Source: an uncultured Gemmatimonadales bacterium (GTDB lineage: Bacteria > Gemmatimonadota > Gemmatimonadetes > Longimicrobiales > RSA9). Taken from it: DNA of 64,000 nt. A program made the translations under genes and the position numbers. The notes under the pieces are model-generated. The model was not told the origin of the DNA, did not search any database, and was given only the letters and a program-made list of their open reading frames with translations. Positions within the stretch are counted from its first letter, which is position 1; each line of letters begins with the position of its first letter. Positions 1 through 9,009 of the stretch are shown here, one piece after another. The stretch is taken from contig CAWCRS010000002.1 of NCBI GenBank assembly GCA_963798085.1, positions 288,001 through 352,000 on the forward strand, given 5' to 3'.

Positions 1-203
1 CCGTCCGCGTAGAGCGCGCGGTCGCTGGACGCGACCTTGCGGTCATTGATCGTGACCAGTACGAGGTCCACATCGGACTTCTCCCAGACGCGGTCGTGCG
101 ACAGGCTGCCGCACAGGATGGCGGCCAACACAGAACGGTCCTCCTTCACCTGCTCGATCAGTCCATCGAGCGCGCGCGTAAACTTCTGTTGGGTGCTATC
201 CAC
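1..203 (-). CDS. Nucleotidyltransferase-domain protein (pol-beta superfamily), N-terminal part; runs off the window edge
   Basis: Not in the ORF track. Manual translation from GTG at 203 (SD GGAGGAG) gives [50 protein letters not shown], which has the GS...DxD NTase motif. Overlaps the upstream ankyrin stop by 8 bp. Confidence 0.75.
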   Translation of the reverse strand, partial: MDSTQQKFTRALDGLIEQVKEDRSVLAAILCGSLSHDRVWEKSDVDLVLVTINDRKVASSDRALYAD

Positions 204-1971
204 TGTCTCCTCCGCGGCGCAGTCTCGCCGCCGCCTCTTTCATGCCCCGTCGGGCCGCCAGGTCCGTGGCCGTCAGCCCCTGCGTGTTGCGCACAGCGGG
301 ATCCGCGCCGTACGACAGCAGCAGCTCGATCACGGCGAGGGCCGCGGTTTCGTCATCGGGCAGCCCCATGAGCGGCGTGTGGCCGTCTTCCTGCACACGC
401 GCCAGCGCGGGCTCCTCGCGGAACAGTTCGCGCAGCCGGTCCAGCCTGCCGGTCACGACCAGGCTCCACACGTCGCGGCTGACGGGACTCAGCAGATCCA
501 CGACGCGCGGGTGCTGCTCGTACACGGCAAAGGCAAGCGGCGTGTTATCCCAGTTCTTCTCGCGCGGGTCGATGGCCGCGCCGCGCGCGAGCAGCAACGC
601 GATGACCCGCAGTGCATTGTTCGACGCCGCGGCGTGCAGCGGCCGAACCGCGCGGTCGTTTTCGACATCGGGCGAAACGCCCAGATCGAGCAGCATCTCG
701 ACGATATCGGCGCGGTCGCGGCGCGCGGCCTCGTGCATTGCGCTGTACGATGCGCGGTACTCCGGGTGTTCCGCGAGCAGTATCTCCGCCTGTGCCCGAT
801 CCAGCCGGAGACACGCGGCCGTGAATGCGTCCTCGCCTTCCAGCACCAGCGGCCTGTGTGGCGTGCCGTACTGCGCCAGCAGCGACGCCAGTTCATCGAA
901 GCCGCGGCGCGCGGCCTCCTCGTACAATGTGTGTTTCCGCTGCACGCGTGCGTGCGGCGGCTGCGCGGGCTCCGGACTCGCGCCGTGCTCGATAGACCAG
1001 CGCGCCAGAGGCAGATCGTTGTTGCGCACGGCCATGCCCAGCACGTAGCGCGCGCCTTTGCCATAGCCGCCCATGTCGATCATCGACCACTCGGGATCCT
1101 GCCAGTCCGCCGCGTGCCCCGCCTTGACCGAATATTCGTGAATACGCTGCATGATCCAGAGCATGTCATTACCGAAGTGCGCATTGTACAGCACCTGGAT
1201 GTCGTACGGGTTGGCGCCGCGTTCGAGCAGCAGCTCGGCCAGCGCGTGCGCGTGCGGATGCGGCGGCGCGTTCTCCTCGCCGGCGCCGAGCACGCCCGTG
1301 AGCGCGGTGTAGCGCGGCCCGAGCGACGACTCATCCACGATGAAGTGCGCATTGGCATCGGCGCCGTGGTCCAGCAGCAGCTGCGCGATGCGCAGCGCGT
1401 GCTCGCTCGCGGACGGCTGCGGCAGCCGTGCATAACACAGGAACATCAGCGGCTCCCATGGCTTGGGGCCGATGCGCGGGCCTCCCGATACGATGGTGGC
1501 GACGCGCTCCGTCGCGGCTTCGGGCCGCTGCGCCACGATGCGTTCGACGTCCGCAAGATCGCCGCATACGACGGCCGTATGGATGCTGTCGTGCGTGATG
1601 GCCGGGTCCTGCTGCAGCAGGCGGGCGGCCGCGTTCATGCGCCGGCTGCGCGCGGCGCCCCCGTTCACAATGACGGCGCAGGCATCTTCGAGGAACCACG
1701 CGACACGCAGCGCGTGCGCATCGTCGCCTGCAAACGTACCGGCTTGCCGGTCTTCGAGGCGATCGCGCAGCGCGGACCAGCCGGGCAGCCCGTACTCGCG
1801 GGCGAGGGCGTGCTGGACATCGCGCAGGCCGGGGGACGCCGGAGCCGCGGGCCACGCCGCGCGCAGCCGGACTCCCGCCTGTTCGTCGCCCGTGCGCAGC
1901 GCCTTGAGCCAGCGCTTCGCTTCTTTCCTGAGGTTGTCGAGGGTGCTCGCGTCGGTGAGCCGGCGGCGCAT
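196..1971 (-). CDS. Ankyrin-repeat protein with conserved N-terminal helical domain (copy A)
   Basis: ATG at 1971 after GGAAGGAAGG. N-terminus [15 protein letters not shown]...[14 protein letters not shown]. Multiple ankyrin motifs ([23 protein letters not shown]). Confidence 0.9.
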   Translation of the reverse strand: MRRRLTDASTLDNLRKEAKRWLKALRTGDEQAGVRLRAAWPAAPASPGLRDVQHALAREYGLPGWSALRDRLEDRQAGTFAGDDAHALRVAWFLEDACAVIVNGGAARSRRMNAAARLLQQDPAITHDSIHTAVVCGDLADVERIVAQRPEAATERVATIVSGGPRIGPKPWEPLMFLCYARLPQPSASEHALRIAQLLLDHGADANAHFIVDESSLGPRYTALTGVLGAGEENAPPHPHAHALAELLLERGANPYDIQVLYNAHFGNDMLWIMQRIHEYSVKAGHAADWQDPEWSMIDMGGYGKGARYVLGMAVRNNDLPLARWSIEHGASPEPAQPPHARVQRKHTLYEEAARRGFDELASLLAQYGTPHRPLVLEGEDAFTAACLRLDRAQAEILLAEHPEYRASYSAMHEAARRDRADIVEMLLDLGVSPDVENDRAVRPLHAAASNNALRVIALLLARGAAIDPREKNWDNTPLAFAVYEQHPRVVDLLSPVSRDVWSLVVTGRLDRLRELFREEPALARVQEDGHTPLMGLPDDETAALAVIELLLSYGADPAVRNTQGLTATDLAARRGMKEAAARLRRGGDSG

Positions 1972-2097
1972 GGATACCTTCCTTCCGTGATCGCCTGGTG
2001 TCCGCTTGCGTTCAGGCCGGAAGAAGGTCTGTGATGTCACGGCGAACGTCGTCGGGTGGGAGTCCTCTCCCTTGCCGCGGACTGGAGGCGCCCCGTG
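1972..2097 (-). ncRNA. Conserved structured 5' leader RNA, copy A (candidate cis-regulator)
   Basis: Sense strand: CACGGGGCGCCTCCA-GTCCGC-GGCAA-GGGAG agga CTCCC-A-CCCG...ACCTTCTTCCG-GCCTG aacgcaa GCGGAC ac CAGGC gatca CGGAAGGAAGGT atcc ATG. Homologous to three other leaders in the window. Confidence 0.8.
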
Positions 2098-2111
2098 GCG
2101 CACTGGCGGGC

Positions 2112-2140
2112 AATGTTGCGTGACCTCCGGCGACTGTCAA
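2112..2140 (-). promoter_or_regulatory. sigma70-like promoter of leader A
   Basis: TTGACA (2140-2135), 17 bp spacer, AACATT (2117-2112). Same position relative to the leader as in the other three copies. Confidence 0.65.
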
Positions 2141-2309
2141 CCAACGCAGGCGCACGCGGGCCGCGACCCCGTGCCCGGGCGGCCGGCGGAACCCGGCGGA
2201 GCGCCAGCGCAGGCAGTCCGACGGCGGCATGAGACGGTTTCGTCGCCTGCTACATACAATCGGGAAACACATCCAGCCTTTCCATCCCGGCCGCGGAAAC
2301 TCATGGTCC

Positions 2310-2344
2310 GCCGAGTGGTATCAGCGGTCCGCGTCGGCTTTTTT
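2310..2344 (+). terminator. Intrinsic terminator-like hairpin
   Basis: GCCGA-GTGG...CCGCG-TCGGC followed by TTTTTT. Confidence 0.5.
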
Positions 2345-2477
2345 CTTGCATGGGCCGGCGGCAAGCGGCGGCAGACCCGCCCGTTGCGATTCCACCCCCG
2401 CGATCCGGCGATGATGCGGCCACCGATCCGGTGGGTTATCCTTACCTTAGCCACCAACTCATTGAGAGGAGACACCC

Positions 2478-3179
2478 ATGCGTCGTGTACTCGGTTCCGC
2501 GGTTGCACTTACCGCCGTCCTGCTGCTTCCACGAATGGTCGCTGCCCAGGGCGGGATGGATCAGGCCAAGAAGGTCGCGGGCGGCGGCATCTCCGTGGCC
2601 GGCTGGATGGGGATGGTCGATCCGACGGAGACCGGAATGGATGTGAGCGGCGCGAAGTTCGCCAAGGAAGGCGCCGGGTTCCACGTCACGACCGGTCCCG
2701 CAATCACGTACTGGAATCCCGCGAACAAGGCCGCCGGCGACTATACCGTGAAGGCCACGTTCAACGAGCCCAAGTACATGAACCTCAACACTCACCCGCA
2801 CCCGTACGGGATCGTGATCGGCGGGAACGACATGGGCACGCCCAACGCCACGTACCTGTACTGCGCGGCCTACGGCAACGGCAAGTTCATCATGCGCGGC
2901 TTCGGCCCCGCGGCGTTCGCGCTGAACGGCCGCATGGGCGAAGCGAATGATGCGGTGCACAAGGCGGCGGGGCCGGGCGAATCGGTCACGCAGGAAATTG
3001 CCGTGTCGGTCAAGGGCGACAAGGTGGAGTGTTCGGTCAACGGCACGGTCGTCGGCAGCTACGCCAAGTCCGATGTCGTGGGTGCCGGCAAGCTGAAGAG
3101 CACGGATGGCGTGTACGGCATCCGCTTCGCACACAACACGGAAGGCACGGTCTCCGGCTTCACGATGACGAAGAACTGA
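2478..3179 (+). CDS. Secreted hypothetical protein (beta-rich)
   Basis: SD GAGGAG, signal peptide ending in VAA-Q, 233 aa with clear coding bias. Confidence 0.8.
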   Translation: MRRVLGSAVALTAVLLLPRMVAAQGGMDQAKKVAGGGISVAGWMGMVDPTETGMDVSGAKFAKEGAGFHVTTGPAITYWNPANKAAGDYTVKATFNEPKYMNLNTHPHPYGIVIGGNDMGTPNATYLYCAAYGNGKFIMRGFGPAAFALNGRMGEANDAVHKAAGPGESVTQEIAVSVKGDKVECSVNGTVVGSYAKSDVVGAGKLKSTDGVYGIRFAHNTEGTVSGFTMTKN

Positions 3180-3211
3180 CAGCGCATTAGCAGCGCTGCT
3201 CCGGCAGCTCG

Positions 3212-3253
3212 AACCCCGGCGTCATGCGGCATGGTCCGTATGGCGCCGGGGTT
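3212..3253. terminator. Hairpin between convergent genes
   Basis: AACCCCGGCGTCATGCGG...CCGTATGGCGCCGGGGTT inverted repeat. Confidence 0.55.
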
Positions 3254-3287
3254 TCCGTATTCCGTCAGTGCGTATGCGCGCGGATCG

Positions 3288-4742
3288 TCAGCGCTGTGGC
3301 GGCGGCACCGTGACGGCCCAGAGTCCCTGATCGAGCTGCAGGATGTCCTGCGCATCGGCCGCGGTGAAATAGCCGAAGCCGCCGTCGCCCCAGGTCACGC
3401 CCCAGTTGTTGGCGAACTTGAAGCGTGACGTGGCCGGATCGTAGCCGACAATGGTGATCACCGTGCTGCCCAGCGTGGCCTGGTTCGCGCCGGCGGGCTT
3501 TACGAGCCCGGTACGGGTGGCGTCGTCGGTGCTCCACGCTTCGGTCGCAGTGGCCACGGCGAGCACCGGCGTCTTCCTGTCGAGTGTCGCAAGGATCGCG
3601 TCGAGGCCGGGGATCTGCGTCATGGTGGCCTTGTAGTCCGCGGCGGCGTTGTCGAGATCTCGCCAGGTGACGCCGGCGGGCAGACTGCGATTCAGTGCCC
3701 GGTACGGCCAAATCGATTCGGGCGGCGCGCCGAACTGCCGCGCGACGTAGATCGTGGTCTCGAGAAACGTGCCCTCGCCCGTGACTTCGTCGTGGCGCTT
3801 CGCCTTCTCGTAGATGTAGCGCATGGAGAGGCGCAGCGGGCGGCCCTGTGCCGAGAGCGAGGCATCCATCGCCGTGGCACACGCGGCCGCGGCCACCGTG
3901 CCTTCCTGACCGACATCCCTGACTTCGGCCCAGGGTGCGAGGTCGACCGCTCTGGGCGCTGCAACGATCAGCGAAACCGCACTGCCTCTGCGAATCGATG
4001 TCTGCGACGCAGGCTTCTGCTCGAGTACCCAACCCGGTGCTTGCTCGTTGGTCGCCTGTTGCGTGACGTCGCCCACAGCCAGGCCGACGCCGGCAAGGTC
4101 ACGCGTGGCGCGCTCGAGCGTCAGCCCGCTCACATTCGGCACGTTCACGCGCTGACTGCCTGCCCACGTGTAGACGGAGTAACCGCCGGCCGCCAGCGCG
4201 AGCGCCAGAACGACCGCAGCGGATCGCCAGTGGCTGCGCAGCCGTTCCGAGAGCGAGCCGCGCGCTCTGCGCCGCTTGATGTCCCGGCAGAGCCGGCCCA
4301 CATCGTCGTTCCATGAGCCGTCGCGCACTTCCGCCTGCTGCCGCTCGGCGAGAGCGCGGATGTCCTCGGGCAGATCCGCGGCGCCCGGCAATGCCGCACC
4401 GCCGACGAGGACGGGAATGACGAGAAGGCCGTTGGCGAGCGCGGCATGGATCTCGCCGCGCACCCAGTCATCCGCGTTGTCCAGACGACGCTGGCCCGCC
4501 GCATCCGTGAGTGTGGTCCAGTGCCTGCCGATCACGGCCAGCAGCACATCCGCCTGTCGCAGCTGCTGATTCAGCGTATCCGCGTAGTCGTCACCGCGCT
4601 GGATGTCGTCGACATCCATGAACACGGTGTCGGCGCCGAATACGCGGGAGAGATGATCGTAGAGACGGCCGGCGTGACCGGCCGAATCGTCGCGGCGGTA
4701 GCTGATGAAGATTCCGCTCACACTCGATCCGCGCGGTATCAC
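3288..4742 (-). CDS. TIR domain - TM helix - PASTA - inactive papain (C1)-like domain protein (start may be GTG 4721)
   Basis: TIR: IFISYRRDDSAGHAGRLYD...VFMDVDDI...WVRGE. Then a hydrophobic helix, PASTA (VPNVSGLTLERA...VLEQKP), and a C1-like domain (VRDVGQEGTV...IVGYD...NNWG..WGDGGF). Confidence 0.8.
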   Translation of the reverse strand: MIPRGSSVSGIFISYRRDDSAGHAGRLYDHLSRVFGADTVFMDVDDIQRGDDYADTLNQQLRQADVLLAVIGRHWTTLTDAAGQRRLDNADDWVRGEIHAALANGLLVIPVLVGGAALPGAADLPEDIRALAERQQAEVRDGSWNDDVGRLCRDIKRRRARGSLSERLRSHWRSAAVVLALALAAGGYSVYTWAGSQRVNVPNVSGLTLERATRDLAGVGLAVGDVTQQATNEQAPGWVLEQKPASQTSIRRGSAVSLIVAAPRAVDLAPWAEVRDVGQEGTVAAAACATAMDASLSAQGRPLRLSMRYIYEKAKRHDEVTGEGTFLETTIYVARQFGAPPESIWPYRALNRSLPAGVTWRDLDNAAADYKATMTQIPGLDAILATLDRKTPVLAVATATEAWSTDDATRTGLVKPAGANQATLGSTVITIVGYDPATSRFKFANNWGVTWGDGGFGYFTAADAQDILQLDQGLWAVTVPPPQR

Positions 4743-5015
4743 CGTCTGCGGTGGCGGGCCTGCCGTTCGACACGCGACGCGTGGCTCGAAACAGCGGCAG
4801 ACGTTCGTGCGAGGATGGGCTGGCGGCCGGGCTGCGTCAAGATCCGAATCCCGCGGAGCCGTGCCTTCGGATCAGAGCTGGCTCGACGCATACCCGCTGG
4901 CTGGTGTGCGACGCGCGTCGTGGGCCGGTGGGCCGGCCTGCGGGCGCTTTGCCGCCGGTTGCCGCTTCGTCCGTTCGCCGGGAGCCTGCGCCCACGACGG
5001 CACGGGTGGACTGCA

Positions 5016-5882
5016 TTATTTCCCGGCTAACAGCTCGCGAGCCTGACTCAGCGACTGGCCCTGGCTGTAGATGTCTGCCCACACATTGCCGGTGTCCGCA
5101 ATGCGCCGCTCCAGGTTGCGCAGCGTGAACGTCTGCGGCGCGACTTCGCCGCTCTCCAGCTCCTCCCACGTGCACGGCGCAGAAATCGGTGCGCCGGGCT
5201 TCGCGCGTACCGTGTACGTGGCGGCGAACGTGGCGCTGTAATCGTTGCGGCCGGTGTCGACGAGGATGCGTCCGCCACGGTCCGCCTTGCTGAACTCCTG
5301 CGTCAGGTGCACGGGATCGCGCTGCACCATGGCGCGCCCCACCGTGTGTGCGAAACTCGAGACTTCGCCGGTGTGCGCGCTGCCATCGAGCGGAATCGCG
5401 ATGTGGTAGCCCTTCGAGCCCGACGTCTTAACCCAGCTGCGCAGGCCCAGCTCGGCGAGGAAGTCACGCAGGCCGAGCGCGGCGGCGCGCAGCACGGCGG
5501 GCTCGTCAACGAGCGGGTCGAGATCGAACACACAGATGTCGGGGTGCACGAGATCAGGTGCGCGTGACACCCACACGTGTGCTGTGATGCAGTTCTGGTT
5601 GGCGATCCAGAGCAGGCCGCGCGTGTCCGTAATGAGCGGATAGTGCACGATGCCGCGGTTGTGGTGCACTTCCACCCGCTCCAGCCATTCGGGGAAGCCC
5701 TTCTTCACATCCTTCTGGAAGAAGCCTTTCTCACCCATGCCGCGGTGGTAGCGCTCCATGGTCAGCGGCCGTGCGCGGATGTGCGGCAGCATGAGCGGCG
5801 CGATCATTTCGTAATACGCTGCCAGCTCGCCCTTGGTGATGCCGTCCTCGGGGAACATCACCTTGTCCGGGTGCGTGATCAC
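5016..5882 (-). CDS. ligD: LigD primase-polymerase domain (standalone)
   Basis: ITHPDKVMFP, FFQK, PDICVFDLDP, KTSGSKGYH motifs. Confidence 0.9.
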   Translation of the reverse strand: MITHPDKVMFPEDGITKGELAAYYEMIAPLMLPHIRARPLTMERYHRGMGEKGFFQKDVKKGFPEWLERVEVHHNRGIVHYPLITDTRGLLWIANQNCITAHVWVSRAPDLVHPDICVFDLDPLVDEPAVLRAAALGLRDFLAELGLRSWVKTSGSKGYHIAIPLDGSAHTGEVSSFAHTVGRAMVQRDPVHLTQEFSKADRGGRILVDTGRNDYSATFAATYTVRAKPGAPISAPCTWEELESGEVAPQTFTLRNLERRIADTGNVWADIYSQGQSLSQARELLAGK

Positions 5883-5916
5883 GGAGTCTGTCTGAACCGT
5901 GTTGCTGCGGCTGGCC

Positions 5917-7404
5917 TCAACGGAAGGTCAGCCGCGAGAGGGTTTCTGCGCGAAGACCGGACCGCGTCTGGAAGTCCTGAATGCTGGCGAAGGCCTGCGC
6001 GTCACGGGCGCGCATCCAGCCAGTCACCTCGGCTTCGCTGATGCCCGGGACGAGGCGCATCACGCCTTCCTCTGCCGTGTTCAGGTCGAAGGAGAGCGGT
6101 TGCGCGTCACCGAACGCGACCAGCGTGACCGTAACGCCCGGCACTTCGACGCGAATCTGCGGACCGAGATTCTGGTAGAGCACACGCGGATCTCGTGCGA
6201 TCTCCGTCCGCCAGCGCGCACGCGCCGCTTCGATCGCCGTATTGCTTCGCTCGGTGAGATCGAGCCGCAGCGCTCCGAGGTAGTGGTCGCGCCACAGGGT
6301 GCGAGCCTGGCGATCGACGAACACGCCGCGACTCAGATCGCAGAGAAGATCGATGACCTCGTTCGATTCTGCCGGAAAGCGGCGAAGCCAGGCCTCGATG
6401 AACAGCAGCAGGAACGGGTCATCCGGCTTTCGTCTGCCGGGGCCGAGGATGTCGGACAGGGCAGTCAACACCCTCTGTTGCCGGTCGCGAATGATCTGCG
6501 GGGTCGGTGGATCCTGCCCGCGCACCAGCAGGCTGAAGAAGAAGCTGGCGTAGAAACCCTCGGATTGCAGCAGCTGATTGGCGTCGCGCAGGCTGGCGAA
6601 GTCGCGGCTCTTTTCCAGCTGCACGCGCAGATAGTCCGGCCCCTTCCAGGCAGGTGAAAACGCGAAATTGTTCTCGCGCACTTCGTAGTAGCGTGCTACT
6701 GTCTGTGAGAAGCTCAGCAGGTCGCCTGCCGGTCTGTGGAATTCGCCGAGCACGTCCGGAACGCCGAACAGGAACTTCTGATGATGGTACCGCTCCCGGA
6801 GGAACGGATCGGTGGCCAGATGCGCCTCGAGCGTTTCCAGATGAATCGCAAAGCCTTCGTCGAATGCAGTGCCGCGGTCCGTCAGCGCGGCCGTGGTGTG
6901 TGAAATAGCGGCGATCTCCGTCCTTGGAATGCCCTCACCGCCATTCAGCAGCGAGAGCACCACGTGACCGGTTTCGTGAAGGAATGTGGTAGTGAACGCC
7001 CAGTCCTGCGGTGCCAGCATGATGAAGGGCGTGCGTGCGTGATCACCGGGGTTGCGGTCATCCACGAGACGGAATCCCACCGCAGCCTGGTTGCCACCGG
7101 GCTTGAGCGCCACGAAGTAGACCGCGGAGTCTCCACTGCGGCCCTGCGTACTGAGGGCCCATGCCCTGGCGTACAGGTCGAGCGCCATACGCGCAGACTC
7201 ATTATTCAGCCATGCACCGAATGTTCGCAGCCGCGCAGCGTCGGTAACGCGTCGATAGGTCTGCGCACCCTGCACCGCGACGGTATCAGCTGGCTCGACA
7301 AACACGACGCGGACCTTGGCATCCTGGGCCTGTGCCGCCGAGCCCCAGAGCACCCACAGCAGCGGCAATGAACGGGCAATGCTGAAAGGAAACCTCGATC
7401 GCAT
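5917..7404 (-). CDS. Secreted HExxH protein with C-terminal helix-hairpin-helix-like region
   Basis: SD GGAGG before ATG 7404, signal peptide AQA, FLHETGH...FDEGFA motif, C-terminus DLNTAEEGVMRLVPGISEAE. Confidence 0.65.
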   Translation of the reverse strand: MRSRFPFSIARSLPLLWVLWGSAAQAQDAKVRVVFVEPADTVAVQGAQTYRRVTDAARLRTFGAWLNNESARMALDLYARAWALSTQGRSGDSAVYFVALKPGGNQAAVGFRLVDDRNPGDHARTPFIMLAPQDWAFTTTFLHETGHVVLSLLNGGEGIPRTEIAAISHTTAALTDRGTAFDEGFAIHLETLEAHLATDPFLRERYHHQKFLFGVPDVLGEFHRPAGDLLSFSQTVARYYEVRENNFAFSPAWKGPDYLRVQLEKSRDFASLRDANQLLQSEGFYASFFFSLLVRGQDPPTPQIIRDRQQRVLTALSDILGPGRRKPDDPFLLLFIEAWLRRFPAESNEVIDLLCDLSRGVFVDRQARTLWRDHYLGALRLDLTERSNTAIEAARARWRTEIARDPRVLYQNLGPQIRVEVPGVTVTLVAFGDAQPLSFDLNTAEEGVMRLVPGISEAEVTGWMRARDAQAFASIQDFQTRSGLRAETLSRLTFR

Positions 7405-7570
7405 GGTCCTGCCTCCGAACACCGGGCCTGCATTTCAGCCGCATGGAACATGCGTCGGCGCGTGCGCTCTGCGGAATGGGGCACATGTCCTGATATTGCG
7501 CGCCAGCGCGCCATGCCTATTGATGGGAGCGCCGCTGCACCGCTGTACCGCACCTGAAAAGTGACGTGCC

Positions 7571-8995
7571 ATGTCTCTCACCGCGATACTGCTGGCCCTG
7601 CTCGCGTGTCCACACCCGGGACCCGCAGGCCGGAATGCTGGCGGCGAAATGCAGGCCGCCGTCCCGGCCGGCGACACATTGCGGGCGCCCCCCGTTCTCG
7701 AGAACCAGTCGCGTGAGCCGCACACCGTGGAAGTCACGCTCACGGCGAAGCCCACGCGGCTCTCGCTGCTGCCCGGCGTGGAAACCGATGCCTACGCATA
7801 CAATGGCAGCATCCCGGGACCCACACTCGACGTGCACGAAGGCGATCGCGTTCTCATTCATTTCCGCAATGCATTGCCCGAGCAGACGACGGTGCACTGG
7901 CATGGTCTGCACATTCCGTGGGCGACCGACGGCAGTCCATTCAAGCCCATCCCGGCCGGTGCGCAGGCCGATCTCGAATTCACCATCCCAATGGGTACCG
8001 CGGGCACGTACTGGTACCATCCACACGCTCAGGCGCTTGCACGGTCGCAGATGGCAAAGGGACTGTTCGGCGCGATCATTGTGCGCGCGGCGGACGATCC
8101 GCTGCCTGCGATTCCCGAGAAGCTGCTGGTTCTGAGCGACAACCGTTTCCTGCCCGACGGGTCGATCGATCTGCCGGACCGGCAATCGCCGCAGGGAAAC
8201 GTGGATTTCGAGAACGGGCGCGAAGGCAATGTCGTGTTCGTGAACGGGCAGATCATGCCGGCGATTCGACTGCGGCCCGGCGAGACGCAGCGCTGGCGCG
8301 TGGTCAACGCGTCCTCTGCCCGTGTCTACCGTCTCGCGATTCCCGGTCACGAGATGCTGCACGTGGGCGGCGATGGTGGCCTCTTCGAGCGACCCGTAGC
8401 CGTCAAGGAGATCCTGATCGCAAATTCCGAGCGTGTCGAACTGCTGGTGCGCGGCACCGGAGCGGCAGGCAGCCAGACAGTACTGCAGGACCTGCCCTAC
8501 GACCGCTACATCCCGCAGACGCGCCCCGCTGACTGGGAGAGAACGAGCGACCTGCTGAGCCTTGAGTACACGGACGAACCGACTGTTCCGCCCGCCGCGA
8601 TACCGGCCACACTGCGTCGCGTGGAGTGGCTCGACACCACGTCGGTCACGACCCGGCGAGTCATGGTGCTTACGCAGGGTTTCATCAACAACAAGGCGAT
8701 GGACATGAACCGCGTCGATGAGCACGGCTCGCTCGGTTCGACAGAAATCTGGGACATCGAGAATCTCGTCGGCATGGATCATCCCTTCCACCTGCACGGG
8801 TTCCGCTTCCAGATACTGGATCGCAATGGTGTGCGCGAACCGTTTCCCAGCTGGGAGGACACGGTGAATGTGCCGAAGCACGAGTCTGCCCGGATCGTCG
8901 TACGGTTCGAGGACTACCCCGGGAAGTGGATGTTCCACTGCCACATCATGGACCACGAAGAGGGCGGCATGATGGGCATCCTCGAAATCACGTGA
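7571..8995 (+). CDS. Multicopper oxidase
   Basis: HWHG, WYHPH, HPFHLHG and HCHIMDHEEGGMM copper-binding motifs. Confidence 0.95.
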   Translation: MSLTAILLALLACPHPGPAGRNAGGEMQAAVPAGDTLRAPPVLENQSREPHTVEVTLTAKPTRLSLLPGVETDAYAYNGSIPGPTLDVHEGDRVLIHFRNALPEQTTVHWHGLHIPWATDGSPFKPIPAGAQADLEFTIPMGTAGTYWYHPHAQALARSQMAKGLFGAIIVRAADDPLPAIPEKLLVLSDNRFLPDGSIDLPDRQSPQGNVDFENGREGNVVFVNGQIMPAIRLRPGETQRWRVVNASSARVYRLAIPGHEMLHVGGDGGLFERPVAVKEILIANSERVELLVRGTGAAGSQTVLQDLPYDRYIPQTRPADWERTSDLLSLEYTDEPTVPPAAIPATLRRVEWLDTTSVTTRRVMVLTQGFINNKAMDMNRVDEHGSLGSTEIWDIENLVGMDHPFHLHGFRFQILDRNGVREPFPSWEDTVNVPKHESARIVVRFEDYPGKWMFHCHIMDHEEGGMMGILEIT

Positions 8996-9009
8996 AAAAG
9001 AGACGGGAC

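Noticed and set aside
37..2034. 665-aa plus-strand ORF and similar long overlapping ORFs (e.g. 14815-17160, 25267-26859, 27452-29077, 29061-30794)
   Set aside because: Antisense shadows of real genes in high-GC DNA, with Arg/Ala-rich composition and no motifs.
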